This document shows, one piece after another, positions 16,960-19,393 of a stretch of 19,393 nucleotides of DNA. The DNA comes from a virus. Its lineage: Duplodnaviria > Heunggongvirae > Uroviricota > Caudoviricetes. A program made the translations under genes and the position numbers. The stretch lies in the IMG/VR virus record IMGVR_UViG_3300018432_000003, positions 1 to 19,393 of that record, one strand, 5' to 3'. The notes beneath the pieces are model-generated. The model made no database searches, was not told the origin of the DNA, and saw nothing but the letters and a program-made list of their open reading frames with translations. The first letter of the stretch is position 1. Each line of letters begins with the position of its first letter.

Positions 16960-17121
16960 TTATCTACAGCAGCAACACTTGCACTTGCAAGTACTGTTTG
17001 CTTCCTCTACTTCTTTCGGTGTGACGACCCTGCCGCACGATAGGCACTTCAATTCAAGAATTGCCTCAGCGCCAGTTCGTCCCTTGGTCACCATCTCCAC
17101 ATTGTCATGTTTGCAACTCAT
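16960..17121 (-). CDS. Cys-rich small protein, 53 aa (not in ORF track)
   Basis: MSCKHDNVEMVTKGRTGAEAILELKCLSCGRVVTPKEVEEANSTCKCKCCCCR. ATGA-coupled to the upstream gene; stop 3 nt before the tRNA. Confidence 0.7.
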   Translation of the reverse strand: MSCKHDNVEMVTKGRTGAEAILELKCLSCGRVVTPKEVEEANSTCKCKCCCCR

Positions 17122-17348
17122 ACTTGGAGTATCACTTGATACTTCTGCCGTATGAACTGGACTTGCACTGCAAGCTCGATGTTGTTGTCCTCGATTTTAC
17201 CTACAGTCCAACTAGGTCCGAACATCTCTGACAGTGTGCGTATCGCCTTAGTCTGCTTATCCTGCCAGTCAACTTCATTCTTAGGGAAGAAGCTGTACGG
17301 TATGCGTACAATCCTACTGTCGAATACGCTTATTGTCGTGTTATCCAC
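17118..17348 (-). CDS. Hypothetical protein (76 aa)
   Basis: GTG start overlaps the upstream stop by 8 nt; the TGA is coupled to the next ATG. Confidence 0.65.
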   Translation of the reverse strand: MDNTTISVFDSRIVRIPYSFFPKNEVDWQDKQTKAIRTLSEMFGPSWTVGKIEDNNIELAVQVQFIRQKYQVILQV

Positions 17349-17514
17349 GTGCTCTCAGCACCGCCTTAACCCAAGCTATCGGAACGTACCATCCTTCACC
17401 ACGCACATGGTAGCTGTCGGGTTTCCTGTTCAGCAGACCCAACGCCCTAAGTGCGGTACACACATAGTGGTACTTGTGTCCTCTGAATCTCGCGTCCTCC
17501 GGTATACGCATCAT
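17341..17514 (-). CDS. Hypothetical basic protein, 57 aa (not in ORF track)
   Basis: MMRIPEDARFRGHKYHYVCTALRALGLLNRKPDSYHVRGEGWYVPIAWVKAVLRARG; ATG 2 nt after the tRNA-Arg(ACG) discriminator. Confidence 0.65.
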   Translation of the reverse strand: MMRIPEDARFRGHKYHYVCTALRALGLLNRKPDSYHVRGEGWYVPIAWVKAVLRARG

Positions 17515-17516
17515 AG

Positions 17517-17588
17517 CCTGTCTCCCAGGAATCGAACCCGGATTTGAGCGTTCGTAGCGCCCCGCACTCTCCGTTGTACTAGAGACAG
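17517..17588 (-). tRNA. tRNA-Arg(ACG)
   Basis: Acceptor CTGTCTC/GAGACAG, anticodon arm GGGCG-CTACGAA-CGCTC, TTCGATT; G73; no CCA. Confidence 0.92.
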
Positions 17589-17592
17589 ATTG

Positions 17593-17778
17593 TTATAGAG
17601 GGTTGACAATGACCCTCACTTTCTGTTCATCGTACACCTGACCGTCCTCATCCTTTATCGTCTGAACTGCGTTGGCGTCCAAGCTGTCCAGAGCAAAGAG
17701 ATGGAGGGGCTTATGGTTGTCGATGTACACCGTAAGGTTTCCATTATAGTGCCGCTCTATTTCTATTATGTGGTCCAT
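17593..17778 (-). CDS. Hypothetical protein (61 aa)
   Basis: Fills the Lys(CTT)-Arg(ACG) spacer; ATG 2 nt after the discriminator. Confidence 0.65.
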   Translation of the reverse strand: MDHIIEIERHYNGNLTVYIDNHKPLHLFALDSLDANAVQTIKDEDGQVYDEQKVRVIVNPL

Positions 17779-17780
17779 AG

Positions 17781-17849
17781 TGAACTGCCAAGGAATCGAA
17801 CCTTGCCTCCTGAGATTAAGAGCCTCTGATGCGTGCCACCGCGCAGTCC
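17781..17849 (-). tRNA. tRNA-Lys(CTT), atypical (69 nt, shrunken D arm)
   Basis: Acceptor GGACTGC/GCAGTTC, T arm CAAGG-TTCGATT-CCTTG, anticodon GAGG-CTCTTAA-TCTC. D arm is only GCG-GTGGCA-CGC. Confidence 0.7.
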
Positions 17850-17852
17850 ATG

Positions 17853-18011
17853 TTATTGGTTCTGAAACTTCTCGTCGTCGAACGCCCTGTCCACTTGCTT
17901 GAGCAACTTGATTGCAGCCTCCACCATCGTCTTGACTGGCTCGCCGTAACCGTAGTGTTCACTGCTGTCCTGCTGTACTAGTTCAATTGCCTTCTCAATC
18001 TTTGTCTTGAT
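17853..18011 (-). CDS. Hypothetical protein, 52 aa, apparent ATC start (not in ORF track)
   Basis: AGGAGG, then 5 nt, then ATC AAG ACA AAG...: (M)KTKIEKAIELVQQDSSEHYGYGEPVKTMVEAAIKLLKQVDRAFDDEKFQNQ. An in-frame TAG lies just upstream; the ORF fills the spacer between the two Lys tRNAs. Confidence 0.55.
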   Translation of the reverse strand: MKTKIEKAIELVQQDSSEHYGYGEPVKTMVEAAIKLLKQVDRAFDDEKFQNQ

Positions 18012-18027
18012 GACTGCCTCCTATAAG

Positions 18028-18097
18028 AGAGCCGTGCAGGAGTCGAACCCGCCTTCTGAGATTAAAAGCCTCGTGAGGTCCACCAGACCGACGGCCC
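18028..18097 (-). tRNA. tRNA-Lys(TTT), atypical (70 nt, 5-nt D loop)
   Basis: Acceptor GGGCCGT/ACGGCTC, D arm GGTC-TGGTG-GACC, anticodon GAGG-CTTTTAA-TCTC, T arm GCGGG-TTCGACT-CCTGC; U73. Confidence 0.75.
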
Positions 18098-18100
18098 ATG

Positions 18101-18334
18101 TCAACCCTTCTTCTCCAACAACTGTATGTTGAACTTCTGGGTTTTGTTGTTGTAGAACGTGAACTGGCTTATGTCAGTGCCGTCCAACCCCATCTCGTCA
18201 ACTACGTCCGCAATCTCTCGCAGTATATCAGTGAATGCCTCCTTGCTGCCCTCGAAGTCTATCTTCCGGGTTATGGTGAACCCTTGCATGTAGAACGTCC
18301 GATTGCCTATGGGTGGAAGTTTTTCTTCACTCAT
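18101..18334 (-). CDS. Hypothetical protein (77 aa), probably leaderless
   Basis: Start revised to ATG 18334 (MSEEKLPPIG...); the track extension runs through two tRNAs. ATG lies 6 nt after the -10 box and there is no SD. Confidence 0.75.
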   Translation of the reverse strand: MSEEKLPPIGNRTFYMQGFTITRKIDFEGSKEAFTDILREIADVVDEMGLDGTDISQFTFYNNKTQKFNIQLLEKKG

Positions 18335-18340
18335 AACTAC

Positions 18341-18369
18341 ATTATACCATACTTTCAGTGGTTTGTCAA
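18341..18369 (-). promoter_or_regulatory. Consensus sigma70/SigA promoter with extended -10
   Basis: TTGACA (18369-18364), a 17-nt spacer ending TGG, then TATAAT (18346-18341): perfect -35, -10, spacing and TGn. Confidence 0.9.
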
Positions 18370-18376
18370 GTGGGAG

Positions 18377-18448
18377 AGCATCTACCGGGAGTCGAACCCA
18401 GGACTGGTCCGTACCAAGGACCCGTTTTACCACTAGAACTATAGATGC
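18377..18448 (-). tRNA. tRNA-Thr(GGT)
   Basis: Acceptor GCATCTA/TAGATGC, anticodon arm GGTCC-TTGGTAC-GGACC, TTCGACT; no CCA. Confidence 0.92.
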
Positions 18449-18495
18449 GGGTGCGAGGGCAACACGCGGTTTGGGCCGCGCCCCTCGCATGTGAG

Positions 18496-18568
18496 TGGAG
18501 ATACAGGGACTCGAACCCTGAATACTGCGGTGCAAGCGCAGCGTGTTCCCAATTAGCACTATATCCCC
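18496..18568 (-). tRNA. tRNA-Ala(TGC)
   Basis: Acceptor GGGGATA/TATCTCC with the G3-U70 Ala determinant, anticodon arm CTGCG-CTTGCAC-CGCAG, TTCGAGT; A73; no CCA. Confidence 0.93.
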
Positions 18569-18641
18569 ATGTGCCCCGAGTTTTGATTACTGGATACGGG
18601 GTGAACCAGATTGCTACGCTACCGTCGCACGTAACTCTAAG

Positions 18642-18712
18642 AGCATCCTACCGGAGTCGAACCGATACCAACTGCGTACGAAGCAGCCGCAATCCCATTA
18701 TGCTAAGGATGC
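18642..18712 (-). tRNA. tRNA-Thr(CGT)
   Basis: Acceptor GCATCCT/AGGATGC, anticodon arm GCTGC-TTCGTAC-GCAGT, TTCGACT; no CCA. Confidence 0.9.
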
Positions 18713-18833
18713 TGGTGGTAGCTCACTCACCCACTACCGCGCCTCTCGGCCCTCTCCCCTGCGTCACACCACTTCCTAGTAGGCCGATGGTTTCCTAGGA
18801 CGCTTCGACCGTTCGGGGTAGGTGTCACCCGAG

Positions 18834-18904
18834 AGCACGTAACAGGAATCGAACCCGTACCAGAGGTGTACAAAACCCCCGCAATACCATTATGCTATAC
18901 GTGC
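18834..18904 (-). tRNA. tRNA-Thr(TGT)
   Basis: Acceptor GCACGTA/TACGTGC, anticodon arm GGGGT-TTTGTAC-ACCTC, TTCGATT; D arm nearly identical to that of Thr(CGT); no CCA. Confidence 0.9.
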
Positions 18905-19035
18905 TTACGTTCTTTCATTACTGCCAGTCCTACTGCGAGTGCAGAGCAGAACGAGAAGAGTATGGAATAACCCTCCGCTCTCTGCGCCTTGTAGGTGCCC
19001 TCCGCGAGAGTCGCCGCCAATTCTATCGGGTTCAT
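18895..19035 (-). CDS. Small protein with a hydrophobic segment, 46 aa (not in ORF track)
   Basis: MNPIELAATLAEGTYKAQRAEGYSILFSFCSALAVGLAVMKERKHV; ATGA-coupled; TAG is positions 8-10 of tRNA-Thr(TGT). Confidence 0.55.
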   Translation of the reverse strand: MNPIELAATLAEGTYKAQRAEGYSILFSFCSALAVGLAVMKERKHV

Positions 19036-19130
19036 CCCACAGGCTCCATGCAAGAGGGACAGCACCCAAAGTTCTCATCGACTTCCTGCTCGTCGAGTTC
19101 CTCACCGCAAACCTCACAGTACCAGTTCAT
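19032..19130 (-). CDS. Mini zinc-ribbon protein, 32 aa (not in ORF track)
   Basis: MNWYCEVCGEELDEQEVDENFGCCPSCMEPVG: CxxC...CPxC; ATGA-coupled at both ends. Confidence 0.65.
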   Translation of the reverse strand: MNWYCEVCGEELDEQEVDENFGCCPSCMEPVG

Positions 19131-19237
19131 CCGAACTCCTGATAGCTACGAAGCAACCACTTCAATCTCTCTGCGGCATCCTCGTCGCCAGCTAGAACCT
19201 TCTCAACCAACTCGTCTACGAACGTATAATCATTCAC
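19127..19237 (-). CDS. Small helical protein, 36 aa (not in ORF track)
   Basis: MNDYTFVDELVEKVLAGDEDAAERLKWLLRSYQEFG; GTGA-coupled to the upstream stop. Confidence 0.55.
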   Translation of the reverse strand: MNDYTFVDELVEKVLAGDEDAAERLKWLLRSYQEFG

Positions 19238-19392
19238 TTCTTGTTCTTGCTCCCCTTCTTGGGTCCTGGCTTACTCCCACGCTGTGACGGTGACTTCTTC
19301 TTCCGTCTAGGGTACTTGCGCTTTGAGGCTGACTTTGCCGCATTCTTGTTGCCCATCTTCTTGCCTTGGGCACCTTTCTTCACGCGACCAGA
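19234..19392 (-). CDS. C-terminal part of a highly Lys/Arg-rich protein (starts outside the window)
   Basis: ...SGRVKKGAQGKKMGNKNAAKSASKRKYPRRKKKSPSQRGSKPGPKKGSKNKK*; open to the window edge. Confidence 0.65.
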   Translation of the reverse strand, partial: SGRVKKGAQGKKMGNKNAAKSASKRKYPRRKKKSPSQRGSKPGPKKGSKNKK

Positions 19393-19393
19393 C

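Noticed and set aside
15093-18559. ORF-track N-terminal extensions (to 15209, 16935, 18559) and ORF 16160..16345
   Set aside because: They run through well-formed tRNA genes. Downstream starts with better context exist for the first three.
18571-18640. 70-nt spacer as a degenerate tRNA
   Set aside because: It has only short helices (GAGTT/AACTC, CTGG/CCAG), no TTCGA T-loop and no 7-bp acceptor stem.
18905-19117. 70-aa minus-strand ORF from the track
   Set aside because: It overlaps, out of frame, two ATGA-coupled micro-ORFs with better features (zinc ribbon, coupling) and has no SD.
1-19393. CRISPR array, tmRNA, integrase or transposase; remaining plus-strand ORFs
   Set aside because: I saw no regularly spaced direct repeats, tmRNA termini or recombinase motifs. 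The other plus-strand ORFs are antisense to supported genes and show no recognisable motifs.

Overview
This window is a segment of a tailed dsDNA phage genome (Caudoviricetes), with every credible gene on the minus strand. In transcription order (right to left) it holds three blocks. (1) About 19393-15134: a tRNA array of 13 CCA-less tRNA genes interleaved with small ORFs. Inside it, between tRNA-Ile and tRNA-Gln, lies a 368-nt RNA (15214-15581) that folds as a divergent but apparently complete bacterial type-A-like RNase P ribozyme (rnpB). (2) 15092-8610: a secreted double beta-helix protein, a 1068-aa putative fibre protein with about 23 tandem 20-aa repeats, and small virion-type proteins. 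(3) 8477-1: a PD-(D/E)XK nuclease, small and large terminase, portal, protease/scaffold, decoration protein, major capsid, and head-tail joining genes. The main finding is a candidate phage-encoded tRNA-maturation system. It combines the RNase P RNA, tRNAs that all carry a CU 3' trailer, and ORFs that start or stop exactly at tRNA processing sites, resembling mitochondrial tRNA punctuation. All folds and family assignments were made by eye; no searches were run, so novelty is unconfirmed.
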